Part shown: positions 22,201 through 30,873 of the stretch, piece by piece
Layout: every line of letters begins with the position of its first letter
Numbering within the stretch: position 1 is the stretch's first letter
Source: Synechocystis sp. PCC 6803 substr. PCC-P
GTDB taxonomy: Bacteria > Cyanobacteriota > Cyanobacteriia > Cyanobacteriales > Microcystaceae
Length of the DNA stretch: 32,000 nucleotides
Direction of reading: 5' to 3'
NCBI RefSeq assembly: GCF_000284455.1
Contig: NC_017039.1
Location: forward strand, 630,001 to 662,000
The notes under the pieces: model-generated
Databases searched by the model: none
What the model was told of the DNA's origin: nothing
The model's input: only the letters and a program-made list of their open reading frames with translations
Position numbers and translations under genes: made by a program

Positions 22201-25200
22201 ACGACAGATGATCTCTTTATTGGCGCGCCCAACTATCAAATTCAAGTCGTAAATCAATGGACAAATCAAAGTAATCTCCCAGGCCAAAACTCACAAAACC
22301 AACAAAATCAACAAATCACATCAGACCTTTTTCCTAGTTCCAGTTTTGTTTCAGCCGGGGCCGTTTATGTCTATAACTCTAATCAAGGCTTAAGTCTTAA
22401 AACAAATCCTTGGGCCATCTATACCGGGCCAACGATTCCCAATGCTCAAGGCACTGCCACTAGTTATTTTGCTGGAACTGTGATTGGCTCGGGTTTGAAT
22501 ACGGATTTCACAGATTATGACGGAGATGGCCGCCAAGATTTAGTGATTGCCGGGCCTGGGGCCAATACCAACACGGGGCAAGCCTTTGTGATTGGTGGGT
22601 CTACTGCAACTCCATCTGTAACAACTACACAATCTGGAATAACTACAACAACTACACAAGCCTTAAATACAGTCAGTAACCTCGTGATCAATGGTGGATT
22701 AAGTGGGGGCAAAGCGGGAACAGTCATTACTTCAGTGGGAGACTTAAACCATGATGGCTATCAAGACCTTTTAATTACTGCGCCCCAAGGAGCCAATGCT
22801 ACGGGTCAAAGTTATGTCTTATTTGGGACATTGAATTTAAGTGAATTCGGGACTGTTTTTGATCTCAATGTCACCGCTAACGACAACAAAACCACATTTT
22901 TACTCAATGGCGATCAACCCTTCCAGGCTACGGGAACAGCAGCAGTTGGTGTGGGTGATATTAACAATGACGGCGTAGATGACCTAATGCTCACGGCTCC
23001 AGTGGGTCAACAACTTTATGCGGTTTATGGGCATCCCTGGTTAGCGGACGATGGCAGTATCAAACTTGCGGATGTTTCTTCTAATAATGGCTTTGTCATT
23101 GATGGCTACGAATATTCCCTCCCATCTAGCCCCTTTGGTTATGTCCTCAGTTTTGATCTTGTTTATGGCAATGATTTTGAACTGGTTTCTGCTTGGTTGC
23201 AGTTAATTTCGCCCACTGGTCAAGTCATCTGGCGCTCGAATCCAGGAGAAGGAGTAACGGTTACGCCCGAAGCCTATGCCATTATGCAAAGTGACGGCAA
23301 CTTTGTGATTTACGGCCAACCAGGGGGGAATTCAGGGGATGTCATTTGGAGTTCCAATACAGCAGGGAATAGCGGGGCTGTTCTGAAATTAGCCTCGGAT
23401 GGCGGTCTTTATATTGTTGATTCCGAGGGCAATATTGTCCCCAATGGTACTCTAAATCCTGGGAATACTAGCCTGATTACTAATGCTGTTACCCTCGACG
23501 AAAATCAAGAAATTAATATCAGTCTCGATACCTTTCTGTCCAATGGGGAGAATGGCGGCAGTCTCTTTGGTAATGGCCTCAACATTGTAATGGTTGGGGA
23601 TGTTAATGGCGATGGCTTTGCTGATGTGATTTCTGGGGGAAGTCCGGCTGGGGGAGTGCTTATTTTTGGCAACAGCACTAAAGATTTACTCGATGCAGCC
23701 CTAGGCACTGACGATTTAATTATTTCGGTGGAAAACGCTCAAGTTAAAGAGTTTGTTGCCCTTGGAGATTTTGATGGGGATGGCTTAGCTGATTTTGGCG
23801 TTATTGATGATCAAGGCAACTTCTTTCTGGTTTTAGGCAGTCCGGAATTAGGTAGCCAAGGTAGCCTTGTTATTGACTCTACTTTGCCAAATTTATCTAA
23901 CTTTAACCAGGCCTGGGGAGTCGGAGATTTTAATGGCAACGGTTACGATGATTTTGTCTTACAAGGCCCTAATTCTACGATCGCCGTTTACGGTAACGCT
24001 AATGGAACATTAACCGACTCATCTCCTTTAACGTTTGGTAACAATTTCCCCCTACCCAGTTCTTTCACAGGTATTGATTTAAATGGCAATGGCATCAAGG
24101 AAATTGTCGCCGGTCAGCCCAACTTAAACCCAGTCCCTAATATCGGTGGCTTTGGTGGTGGTTTACAGTATTTTACCTATGAGGCTGGAAATGCGGTTTT
24201 ACAACCAACGGTTAATCCTCCCAATGCCTCAGTTACGGAGGCTTCTGGTCTGTCTTCATGGGGACAAATTTCGTTTCCTAATCAATATGCCCAAGCTGGT
24301 GTGCCGTCATTTGCAACGTTAGATGGCTGGCTGTATCAAGCATTTTACGGAATCAACGAGCGTATTTCCACTAAAGATTCATACATTTATATCCAACGAA
24401 GCCGAGATGGAGTCAGCTGGGAAAACCTCACTCAAGTCGTCCCGCTCGATAGCAATGGTACGCCGATTGATCTTAAGAATTTGCCCCCCTCAATTACGGC
24501 TTACAATGGCACACTTTATTTAGGCTTTACTGCTGACAATGGCCAGGTGTGGGTTGCAGAAGGAGTCAATACTAATGCCAACTCCGGGATACTCATCAAT
24601 GCCGTCCCAATCAATCAAGCCTCCAATAATGGCCCAACATTAGTGGCCTTTAATGATGAACTCTATGTATTCTTTGTTAAAGATGCTTCCGATAATGACA
24701 TTCTCTATTCCAGTTCCAGCAATCCAGGGAGTAGTAGTGGCTGGGATGGTACCAGTACCGTTCTCACGTTTAGCGATGTTAACCAGGCGACTAATTTCCC
24801 CCTCAGTGCTACCGTTGTCCCTGGATTAGATGGGGATACTCTTGCCGTAGCATTTCGTTCTAATAACTCCCCCGCAACTTGGGTCGGCCTTCTCAACTCC
24901 AGCGATGTAACAAATTGGCAGGGTTCGGCAGAATTAACCCAGGTTGACGCCAACTCCCAAGTATCCCTAACTGTGGTAGATGGGACTTATTATTTATTTT
25001 TCACTTCAAGCACTGAGGCTAGTGCTTCATATGCTACCTCTACAGATGGCTTGAATTGGGGAGATATCACATTAATTCCCTGGGATGATGGCAACCTTGG
25101 TGGTGTTGCATCAATCTTATTTAATCAAAGCTTTATTTTATCATTGAATCAAAGTAATAATGAATCTCTTCTTTTTGCTTTTTCAAATTCATTATTCGAG

Positions 25201-28149
25201 CCGAATCAAGCAAGTCGTTGGGGTGAGCAAGTCCGGGACATTGGTGATTTTAATGGAGATGGTATTGCTGATTTAGCCGTGTTGGCCCCTGGCTACCGAA
25301 ATCTACTGCAATTTCCAATTTTAGACTACCCAGCTATCAACAATTTAGGGGGTGTGTTCATTTACTACGGAGAGGAGAGTGGGATTTCGGTTAATGATCC
25401 TCCTGATGTTGTTTTAGCTGCGCCTGATCTTCCCCAGGAAACCATTTTTGAATTACTGGAAATTACTCCTACTGGTGATGTAAATGGAGATGGCTTTGAT
25501 GATTTGTTAATTAGTGCACCTCTCACCCCTGTTATTGCTGGTCAATTTCCTGATGTCAATGGTGATCAAGGGGTAAGCTGGGTCGTTTTTGGCGGAACCC
25601 ATTGGGGAACTGAGTACACCGCAAATTCGCCTTTCGGTTTAGGGAACCTTGCCAACAATCAAACCAATAATAGTCAAAACTTTAATCCCTATGGTTTTGT
25701 GACGACTGGATTACCGAGATCCCAAGCTGGTATTTCCATCAGTGGCGGGGCAGATGTAAATGGTGATGGTTTTAGTGATTTTGCCCTAGGTGCGCCGGGT
25801 AACTTTGACAATCTCAGTTATGTGCTGTTTGGCAGTGACTTTACCAACCAAGTCAATCAACTGGGAACCATTGGCGATGATGTCATGTTGGGCAGTCCCA
25901 CAGGGGAAATATTTGTTGCTGGCCAAGGAGATGATCAAATTTATACCAATGGCGGGGTGGATACGGTTTATGCCGGCCCTGGGAATGATTTCGTGACGGT
26001 CACTGATACGAATTTCCGACGGTTGGATGGCGGCAGTGGCAATAATATTCTCAAGTTTACGGGCTACACAAATCAAGATTGGGATTTAACCACTCTTTCC
26101 CCAGGCCTGCGACTGAAAAATTTTAATATTCTCGATGTCCGGGATTACGGGGCTAATATCCTTACCCTCAATGCTCTGACGATTACACAACTTTCAGCTA
26201 ATAACGAAGTTCGGGTTCTTTTAGACGCCAATGACAAGATCAATCTAGATTCAAGTTTTAGCTTTAGTGAAAAAGTCTATCTCGATAACCAAAACTATTA
26301 TCTTTATACCTCTAACGCTTCAGCCGCCACTGTGTTGGTCAATGTCCCCTCCAATCAGGTTACGTTTACTGCTACGACGAGCAATTCCCCCAGTCTCAAC
26401 CTAATTCCCACGGCTCAACCCAATGCTCCTACTACCACCGATGTAACCATCCTCGCCGCCACTAATTCTGACCCAAATCAACCCACCCGTTTATTTGTCT
26501 CTAACCCGAAAGTTTCCGAAGCTGCTGGAGAGGCCCAGTTTGTCATTGAGCGCACGGGAGACTTAAACAAATATGTGTTGGTCAGCTACATCACCCAGGA
26601 TATGAGTGGCAAAGCTGGCGATCGCTATTTACCCATAGCAGGACAGTTAATATTTAATCCTGGAGAGAACCAAAAAAACATCACAGTTAAAATTCCTACT
26701 GACTCTGTTTATACCGCCGATCGCCAATTTAGCCTATTGGTTTCTTTGCTGAATGATGGTTTGGAAGCAGGAGATTGGGGCGATGCTTTTGCTTTAGCCG
26801 GTGATGCCAATGGTGCCCAGATCCGTCGTTGGAACTACCTGGCCGGGAATTGGGATAACAGTGTCATGGGTGGCTTGATTGATTTCTCCACCACGGTTAA
26901 TTCCGACCAAGCTGAGATTCATTTGAGTGTTGAAGGCTTAGGGGAATTTAACGACTTTTTTGGTTACGATCCCCTCAGCCAAACCTATCAATCCATAATG
27001 TTTAATGGTGCCACAGGGGCCCGGCTCACCAATTCAGATAGCCCAAACGCTATTGGCGGAGTAGAACTTAAACTTTTGGACGGCGATCGAGGTGATGCCG
27101 ATGGCATAGTTAATGGTTTGGTGGCAACTAATGGTTATGCGGGCCGCACCATCCCAGGCTTAATTAGCAATAATAACCGAGTTTTTTGGGCTCCCACCAA
27201 CGCCGATGGCCAAGTGCAACTCAGGTTAATCAATAGCCCCTCACAAAACTATGAAATTGGTTGGGTTATGGTGGATAGTGCCGATGGTGCCATTGATGGT
27301 TTACTTCCTGATGATCCGGGCTATGAGGAGGCCGCTTTGGCCCGCAAACAAGCTGTTTTTAGTGATCAAGCCAATGCCTCAGCCCAGGCTTTAACCCGTA
27401 GTTTAGCCCGACAAAGTTTTACTGATATTGAAGCTTTTGCCAGGACAGAATCACAATTTTTTGGTAGCTTTAGTAACTCTAATTTAGAAGCTAATCGTTA
27501 CTATATGCTCTATAGTCAACAGGGAGAAGAAATTGCTTTTTCCATTGATGCTCCACTAATGGTTGAAACAGATAGTCGAGGTTATCATCAGTTAGATTTT
27601 AATGGCATTACTACAGAAATCGCTTCCAAAACTTTGGTTGTGCCGGGAATTTTAAACCAGACTGTGACGACAAATGTTTCCATTAGTCGTGCGGGGGCTT
27701 ACGAAAATCTTATTGTTCTCTACAAAGTGGATAGTCTGACCGGGGGCATTGATACCGATGGCGATCGCCAGATTAATTTAAACCCAGGGGATGTGGGCTA
27801 TGTACAGGCGGCATTAACCAGGGCCCAGAATCCAGCAACGGGGCTAAGCTTAAACGCCCCTGACGAGTTTTTTAGCACTACTCAAAAGACCATCAGTTTG
27901 TCGGGCAATAATATTTATGGCATGGCGATTATTCCCAACTCATCCATCGAAGAAGTGTTAAGCAAAAATCCCACTAACGACCCGAACCTTGGCCCTGTGG
28001 CCCTTTTTTCTTTTGAGCAAGCCAATCCTGGGGGAGTGAGCCAAATGAGTCGTCTGGGTAGTAACCTGTTTGGTTTTGAAGATATGGTGGGCGGCGGCGA
28101 TCTTGACTACAATGACATAATTTTACAATTCAGCTTTCTAACTTCATAA
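16231..28149 (+). CDS. Giant (3972 aa) mosaic repeat protein: BNR-like, SwmB-like, LamG-like, FG-GAP/integrin-alpha-like, bulb-lectin-like, RTX-like, Calx-beta and DUF4114-like regions; likely secreted or surface-associated
   Basis: Single uninterrupted ORF; GGAG 10 nt upstream of ATG 16231 (ORF track uses TTG 16213); repeated GD.NGDG..D motifs; C-terminal 'FGFEDMVGGGDLDYNDIILQFSF'. Confidence 0.93.
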   Translation: MSITLSDRLSAVVQDSAGTSHIVWLEGTNIWHAVYDPVSQTWKNAQAIVNTAGQNIRSLNLVADSGLIVESGTSNNTLIPGVAVIYQEGLENDSNFFYTAARYDNVGKLQWLEAPQALTADQVGDLEPRAVVDNGVITVVGQKVDLVKAQNQAIREDADPYYQTFQIYSNQFSTIPSTPVTPIAAYAPQITKDGVVQGNYIQRDQNTVAALPSATYQPLTLAETQSSSFQGWGANWTVSQTFDTNLSNLKLFKGMAGVPEALLTPIFKKFNITGTLLGSSGNNPNLSFFGGGISTEGILLNASMAVQFNEDDQDTNNTSSGTAGSSLNPAENTTQLSRKPEISLSAIAATLYTFDKSLGEDNLSYPLTVETGSLGLTVGFTFPIPIEGTPILFNFLGSAGLGMQWQLSPKDPQTYVSPVGAVLSPTGGDSDAVLAVLFNVPPLGAITAIGLAVISDITEVVELIFTDVDPDGNEAIELESLLFSIPIATGIDGGIKIPYVFEALAGIQASLVGTVGGTRSADNGAFQYDRDLSLGFPMNITIKFLGFLGGTVGIYPYWTWGDDPSSSASNSDFATLNQASADSPTAIVRGPLLEIQGLQTNGTPQATDFQVNVKDPLGQTTTVPVFGVITQGNTTILRLESAIPQTNLNDQPFSNIKVTYQNNAPIPVVNQSANTFTYNYNPISGTNSNYQVTGQQVVIAFNATLNPNIIPDSSLFQVTDTNGNSISISSVIVTSRSVILTLSGSSSTYSVSYSGSSSSGNVLTTEDNVAISDFKIASNTPPSTAGQVNRTYSNVPAGTTSAITTNPLLGSTVAQDYAEDSPPALAVTDSGVLLAWSSDTPPITPISALLSGTTIILTFADTLVNLINTNKATSNPFTVLINNQSVEIQDSSSTGNYVAISLNSSTVIDADDTISVSYSIDSTLENSLFNLYLSDATDFALWVPDFTTPVTQAASSTNAPTLLEAVAISNVITLTFDQILSSSNLPPGSQFKVTVNNSDNFITVINEVTIENNSVTLPLSEPIGQGDIVTVSYSSGAGTLVNSNNIPVAPFTTSDILTTFANPGTVIKTLLATPSTSSVSIAYPSSIIGTSGLNYDPAVYFNQATNQVFAAWVNVDSSQIQNQLIPGQYYSNLEIITQALQSSTIYFSVASLKDLGDLGPNGQIIPWSVAAPIPHQQTGQNTNVTLGLGPDGSIMAAWLNTTLDNNGTPTTTIYYSTLNQNDSSPVWSAPVPILPDINPDAFTPLTISTINQQPAIFWTESSPASYRQLVLNAAPSVYLRLGERTGDVARNSGQFQAAANGTYSGTFTLGEMGALETTSNTGDPNPAVLFQGGGVTLDQPVPLTNQAFAIEFWFKLPNLPRESINLVSALGLFGLGLEVDPNDPNAPPKLTFGLGNDDQSQIQASETFATDVWYYVVGTYDGSSQNLSLYLNGVLAGTLDDVEFDPFPTAAALALAGASTANNPVYLDEVAFYPKALTASNVNAADLTNANFQNLTGSQILEIIAGTNQIGNHYAAQYNQPVPPGPNTYYSVSDGSSWQLPSQINPTPAIVPTQLAGANIPVFDLVSATPAQASTAIAPNGIADAVYQISLSNPNLTISGIKVTSGNQAWAIGTDDNGTALTGNQLGLLLGDTLLNSLNPDTQSFSYPIQGYTENLFLFIDPGSSNTTLGPVEVTVYFENNDNTPTPFSVAPYQINMATMGPDQTVTGTATVTEANDSSLALIDSGFIINSDNPAIGYVLASAFNSDGTLAYVAVGNRGYSDSQGNVLNNGTVQILFSCSDILSGSGSLSTTILNGNPDGVLITNIQDAGDNQRNLSLSLATGDIDGDSIPDLVIGAPNVGNFAGAVYVIYGSYLSNQKGQIIDVTNLSTKPNTMGFVVNGNEAEDLAGFSVVVGNFDGDSYGDIVYGAPYAKDSNGNRVGQVYLVAGFAQGSAPDSISPTVIYSGKSFDIPNPQPNPPSQTLTVGEGAGFALGVSRRLSNGPSTFTGSTTTDDLFIGAPNYQIQVVNQWTNQSNLPGQNSQNQQNQQITSDLFPSSSFVSAGAVYVYNSNQGLSLKTNPWAIYTGPTIPNAQGTATSYFAGTVIGSGLNTDFTDYDGDGRQDLVIAGPGANTNTGQAFVIGGSTATPSVTTTQSGITTTTTQALNTVSNLVINGGLSGGKAGTVITSVGDLNHDGYQDLLITAPQGANATGQSYVLFGTLNLSEFGTVFDLNVTANDNKTTFLLNGDQPFQATGTAAVGVGDINNDGVDDLMLTAPVGQQLYAVYGHPWLADDGSIKLADVSSNNGFVIDGYEYSLPSSPFGYVLSFDLVYGNDFELVSAWLQLISPTGQVIWRSNPGEGVTVTPEAYAIMQSDGNFVIYGQPGGNSGDVIWSSNTAGNSGAVLKLASDGGLYIVDSEGNIVPNGTLNPGNTSLITNAVTLDENQEINISLDTFLSNGENGGSLFGNGLNIVMVGDVNGDGFADVISGGSPAGGVLIFGNSTKDLLDAALGTDDLIISVENAQVKEFVALGDFDGDGLADFGVIDDQGNFFLVLGSPELGSQGSLVIDSTLPNLSNFNQAWGVGDFNGNGYDDFVLQGPNSTIAVYGNANGTLTDSSPLTFGNNFPLPSSFTGIDLNGNGIKEIVAGQPNLNPVPNIGGFGGGLQYFTYEAGNAVLQPTVNPPNASVTEASGLSSWGQISFPNQYAQAGVPSFATLDGWLYQAFYGINERISTKDSYIYIQRSRDGVSWENLTQVVPLDSNGTPIDLKNLPPSITAYNGTLYLGFTADNGQVWVAEGVNTNANSGILINAVPINQASNNGPTLVAFNDELYVFFVKDASDNDILYSSSSNPGSSSGWDGTSTVLTFSDVNQATNFPLSATVVPGLDGDTLAVAFRSNNSPATWVGLLNSSDVTNWQGSAELTQVDANSQVSLTVVDGTYYLFFTSSTEASASYATSTDGLNWGDITLIPWDDGNLGGVASILFNQSFILSLNQSNNESLLFAFSNSLFEPNQASRWGEQVRDIGDFNGDGIADLAVLAPGYRNLLQFPILDYPAINNLGGVFIYYGEESGISVNDPPDVVLAAPDLPQETIFELLEITPTGDVNGDGFDDLLISAPLTPVIAGQFPDVNGDQGVSWVVFGGTHWGTEYTANSPFGLGNLANNQTNNSQNFNPYGFVTTGLPRSQAGISISGGADVNGDGFSDFALGAPGNFDNLSYVLFGSDFTNQVNQLGTIGDDVMLGSPTGEIFVAGQGDDQIYTNGGVDTVYAGPGNDFVTVTDTNFRRLDGGSGNNILKFTGYTNQDWDLTTLSPGLRLKNFNILDVRDYGANILTLNALTITQLSANNEVRVLLDANDKINLDSSFSFSEKVYLDNQNYYLYTSNASAATVLVNVPSNQVTFTATTSNSPSLNLIPTAQPNAPTTTDVTILAATNSDPNQPTRLFVSNPKVSEAAGEAQFVIERTGDLNKYVLVSYITQDMSGKAGDRYLPIAGQLIFNPGENQKNITVKIPTDSVYTADRQFSLLVSLLNDGLEAGDWGDAFALAGDANGAQIRRWNYLAGNWDNSVMGGLIDFSTTVNSDQAEIHLSVEGLGEFNDFFGYDPLSQTYQSIMFNGATGARLTNSDSPNAIGGVELKLLDGDRGDADGIVNGLVATNGYAGRTIPGLISNNNRVFWAPTNADGQVQLRLINSPSQNYEIGWVMVDSADGAIDGLLPDDPGYEEAALARKQAVFSDQANASAQALTRSLARQSFTDIEAFARTESQFFGSFSNSNLEANRYYMLYSQQGEEIAFSIDAPLMVETDSRGYHQLDFNGITTEIASKTLVVPGILNQTVTTNVSISRAGAYENLIVLYKVDSLTGGIDTDGDRQINLNPGDVGYVQAALTRAQNPATGLSLNAPDEFFSTTQKTISLSGNNIYGMAIIPNSSIEEVLSKNPTNDPNLGPVALFSFEQANPGGVSQMSRLGSNLFGFEDMVGGGDLDYNDIILQFSFLTS
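18040..19410 (+). repeat. About four tandem SwmB/cyanobacterial long-protein-type beta repeats within the giant CDS (approximate bounds)
   Basis: Repeated pattern 'V.I.L...F...V...N.N.I.I..V.I..ssVtLtLs..i..gdtvtVSYs' at about 18040-18230, 18240-18510, 18750-19010 and 19090-19410. Confidence 0.6.
20040..20700 (+). other. LamG/concanavalin A-like lectin/glucanase domain-encoding segment (approximate)
   Basis: 'PSVYLRLGERTGDVARNSG...AFAIEFWFKLPN...TDVWYYVVGTYDGSSQNLSLYLNGVLAGTL...YLDEVAFYPKALTASNV'. Confidence 0.8.
21330..24140 (+). repeat. FG-GAP/integrin-alpha-like repeat array (9 motifs), interrupted by a lectin-like segment
   Basis: GDIDGDSIPDLVIGAP, GNFDGDSYGDIVYGAP, DYDGDGRQDLVIAGPG, GDLNHDGYQDLLITAP, GDINNDGVDDLMLTAP, GDVNGDGFADVISGGSP, GDFDGDGLADFGVI, GDFNGNGYDDFVLQGP, DLNGNGIKEIVAGQP. 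Confidence 0.85.
23100..23470 (+). other. Bulb-type (D-mannose-binding-like) lectin segment within the giant CDS (approximate)
   Basis: 'SAWLQLISPTGQVIWRSNPG...AYAIMQSDGNFVIYGQPGGNSGDVIWSSNTAGNSGAVLKLASDGGLYIVDSEG' resembles the QxDxNxVxY lectin motif and W-S-S-N-T repeats. Confidence 0.75.
25230..25860 (+). repeat. Second FG-GAP-like cluster (3 motifs)
   Basis: GDFNGDGIADLAVLAPG, GDVNGDGFDDLLISAPL, ADVNGDGFSDFALGAPG. Confidence 0.8.
26500..26770 (+). other. Calx-beta-like domain segment (approximate)
   Basis: 'PKVSEAAGEAQFVIERTGDLNKYVLVSYITQDMSGKAGDRYLPIAGQLIFNPGENQKNITVKIPTDSVYTADRQFSLLVSL'. Confidence 0.75.
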
Positions 28150-28363
28150 ATTAAGTACAAAAGTGACATAGAGGAATAGGCTGATCTATCCCCTTGAGTC
28201 TGATCTGGTCCCGCAACCGAAATTAGTCCGCTCCACTCCTGTCCCGAGGGTGTGTCAGAATGGTTAACGGCCGGATTTTAGCGCCTTGTCACTAAACTGC
28301 CAGATTTGCCCAGTCAAATCCCTATTTGAATTCGAAACTTTTACTATTATTGTCTCTTTGCCC

Positions 28364-29437
28364 ATGACTGCCACCCTTGCCGCCCCCAGCAAAACCCGCC
28401 GTGTTGTTTTTCCTTTTACGGCGATCGTCGGTCAAGATGAAATGAAGTTGGCCCTGTTGCTCAATGTCATTGATCCCAAGATTGGCGGCGTCATGATCAT
28501 GGGCGATCGGGGAACCGGGAAATCCACTACCATTAGAGCTTTGGCGGATTTGTTGCCGGAAATTGAGGTGGTGGCCAATGATCCTTTTAACTCTTCCCCC
28601 AGCGATCCCGAGATGATGAGTGAGGAAGTACGGATCCGGGTAGATAGCCAAGAACCTTTATCTATTGTCAAAAAGAAAGTCACCATGGTGGATTTGCCCC
28701 TGGGGGCAACGGAAGACCGGGTGTGCGGCACCATCGACATCGAAAAGGCATTATCAGAAGGAGTTAAAGCCTTTGAACCGGGTTTATTGGCCAAAGCCAA
28801 CCGGGGCATTCTCTATGTGGACGAAGTTAACCTGTTGGACGATCACTTAGTGGACGTGTTGTTGGACTCCGCTGCTGGGGGTTGGAACACGGTGGAGCGG
28901 GAAGGTATTTCCATTCGCCATCCGGCCCGGTTTGTTTTAGTGGGTTCCGGTAACCCAGAAGAAGGGGAATTGCGGCCTCAATTGTTGGATCGATTCGGCA
29001 TGCATGCTGAAATTCGCACTGTGCGGGAACCGGAATTGCGGGTAAAAATTGTCGAACAACGGACGGAGTTTGACCAAAATCCCCATCCTTTCTGTGACCA
29101 ATATCAAACGGAACAGGAAGCGTTACAAGCAAAAATTGTTAATGCCCAGAATTTACTGCCCCAAGTGACCATTGACTACGACTATCGGGTGAAAGTATCG
29201 GAAGTCTGTGCAGAACTTGATGTGGACGGGTTACGGGGAGATATTGTTACCAATCGGGCCGCCAAAGCCCTGGCCGCTTTTGAAGGTCGCACTGAGGTAA
29301 CAGTGGATGATATTAGCCGAGTAATTGTGCTTTGTTTACGCCATCGTTTACGGAAAGATCCTCTAGAGTCCATTGATTCCGGCAGTAAGGTGGAAAAGGT
29401 ATTTAAACGGGTTTTTGGCGTTGTCGATGAAGCTTAA
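28364..29437 (+). CDS. chlI: Magnesium chelatase subunit I
   Basis: '[54 protein letters not shown]' Walker A AAA+ signature; start placed at ATG 28364 rather than 28286. Confidence 0.97.
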   Translation: MTATLAAPSKTRRVVFPFTAIVGQDEMKLALLLNVIDPKIGGVMIMGDRGTGKSTTIRALADLLPEIEVVANDPFNSSPSDPEMMSEEVRIRVDSQEPLSIVKKKVTMVDLPLGATEDRVCGTIDIEKALSEGVKAFEPGLLAKANRGILYVDEVNLLDDHLVDVLLDSAAGGWNTVEREGISIRHPARFVLVGSGNPEEGELRPQLLDRFGMHAEIRTVREPELRVKIVEQRTEFDQNPHPFCDQYQTEQEALQAKIVNAQNLLPQVTIDYDYRVKVSEVCAELDVDGLRGDIVTNRAAKALAAFEGRTEVTVDDISRVIVLCLRHRLRKDPLESIDSGSKVEKVFKRVFGVVDEA

Positions 29438-29471
29438 CGCGGCAATCTCTGTTGTTTTTATTGTGTGATTT

Positions 29472-30686
29472 ATGGTTGTAAATTCTGATCCCGATTGGCT
29501 TTGGCGGGGAACGGCGGAAATTTTTCCCCACAATGCTGACTCAAACAATCCCCAGGAACATTTAGGGATTTTAACCCAACAGGACAGACCTCTACGGGTA
29601 AAGCTGGGCATTGATCCCACGGGCACGGACATTCATTTAGGCCATAGCATTCCCTTCCGTAAATTGCGGGCGTTTCAGGATGCGGGCCACACAGCGGTGG
29701 TAATTATTGGTGATTTCACTGCCCAAATTGGCGATCCCACTGGGAAATCGGAAGTACGGAAACAGTTAACTGCGGATCAGGTGAAACGCAATGCAGAAAG
29801 TTACCTAGCTCAGTTAAAACCAATTCTAGATTTTGATACTCCAGGAAGATTGGAAATCCGTTACAACTCCGAATGGTTAAGCAATTTAGATTTGAATAAA
29901 ATTCTGGAATTGCTAGCAACGATGACAGTGGGACAGATGTTAGCCAAGGAAGGGTTTGCGGAGCGTTTCCAAAAGGAAAATCCGATCTTTTTGCACGAAT
30001 TTCTTTACCCTTTAATGCAGGGGTATGATTCTGTCGCTGTAAATGCAGATGTGGAATTGGGGGGCACTGATCAAAAGTTTAATATTGCGGTGGGCCGGGA
30101 TTTACAACGGCATTTTGGCAAAACTCCTCAATTTGGTTTACTGTTGCCGATTTTGCTGGGGACAGATGGACAACAAAAAATGTCCAAGTCTCTGAACAAT
30201 TATGTGGGTTTACAGGAAGATGCTTTATCCATGTACTCCAAGCTGGAGAAGACGCCTGATCGCCTGTTGGGGGAATATTTCGAGTTACTAACTAACTTGG
30301 ACTTGGCCGAGTTACCGGAGAATCCCAGGGAGTGCCAAAAGTTGCTCGCCAAGGAAGTTACAGCCCAGTTCCATGGAGTTGCAGGGGCGATCGCCGCCCA
30401 AAAAACAGCGGAGGATATTGTCACCCAAGGTAAGGCGGGTAATACGGACAGTGTGCCGGAATTTTCCCTAGCTGAAATTACTTTTCCGGTGAAATTGGCC
30501 TATCTCCTCAGTGCCAGTGGCCTGTGCCCCAGTAGTAGTGAAGGGAGAAGGCAAATCAAGGGGGGGGCTGTGCGCTTAGATGGCGATCGCCTAGAGGATG
30601 TTAATCAGGAATATGCCGATCCCAAAATGTTAATTAATAAGGTGTTGCAAATGGGCAAGAAAAAATTTATTCGTCTGATTTCTTAA
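29472..30686 (+). CDS. tyrS: Tyrosyl-tRNA synthetase
   Basis: '[54 protein letters not shown]', KMSKS motif '[10 protein letters not shown]', C-terminal S4 domain. Confidence 0.97.
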
Positions 30687-30873
30687 TCTCCAAGGCGATC
30701 AGCTTCTTAACTTTCACAAAAAGCGATCATTCTATTCGTAACAAGCTCACACTCGAAAAAAGAGGTTTAACGCTTTCCCAAAAATCGCACTGCGATATTG
30801 TAGATCACACCAGCATAGATAGTATGCTGATGAGCAGGTTTTTTAGTTATGAGTATAATCAAACGAATTTGAT

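Noticed and set aside
25790-26076. Opposing ORFs inside the giant CDS (also 22515..22727, 24323..24523, 24705..24953)
   Set aside because: Shadow ORFs from repeat-rich coding sequence in a long continuous frame.
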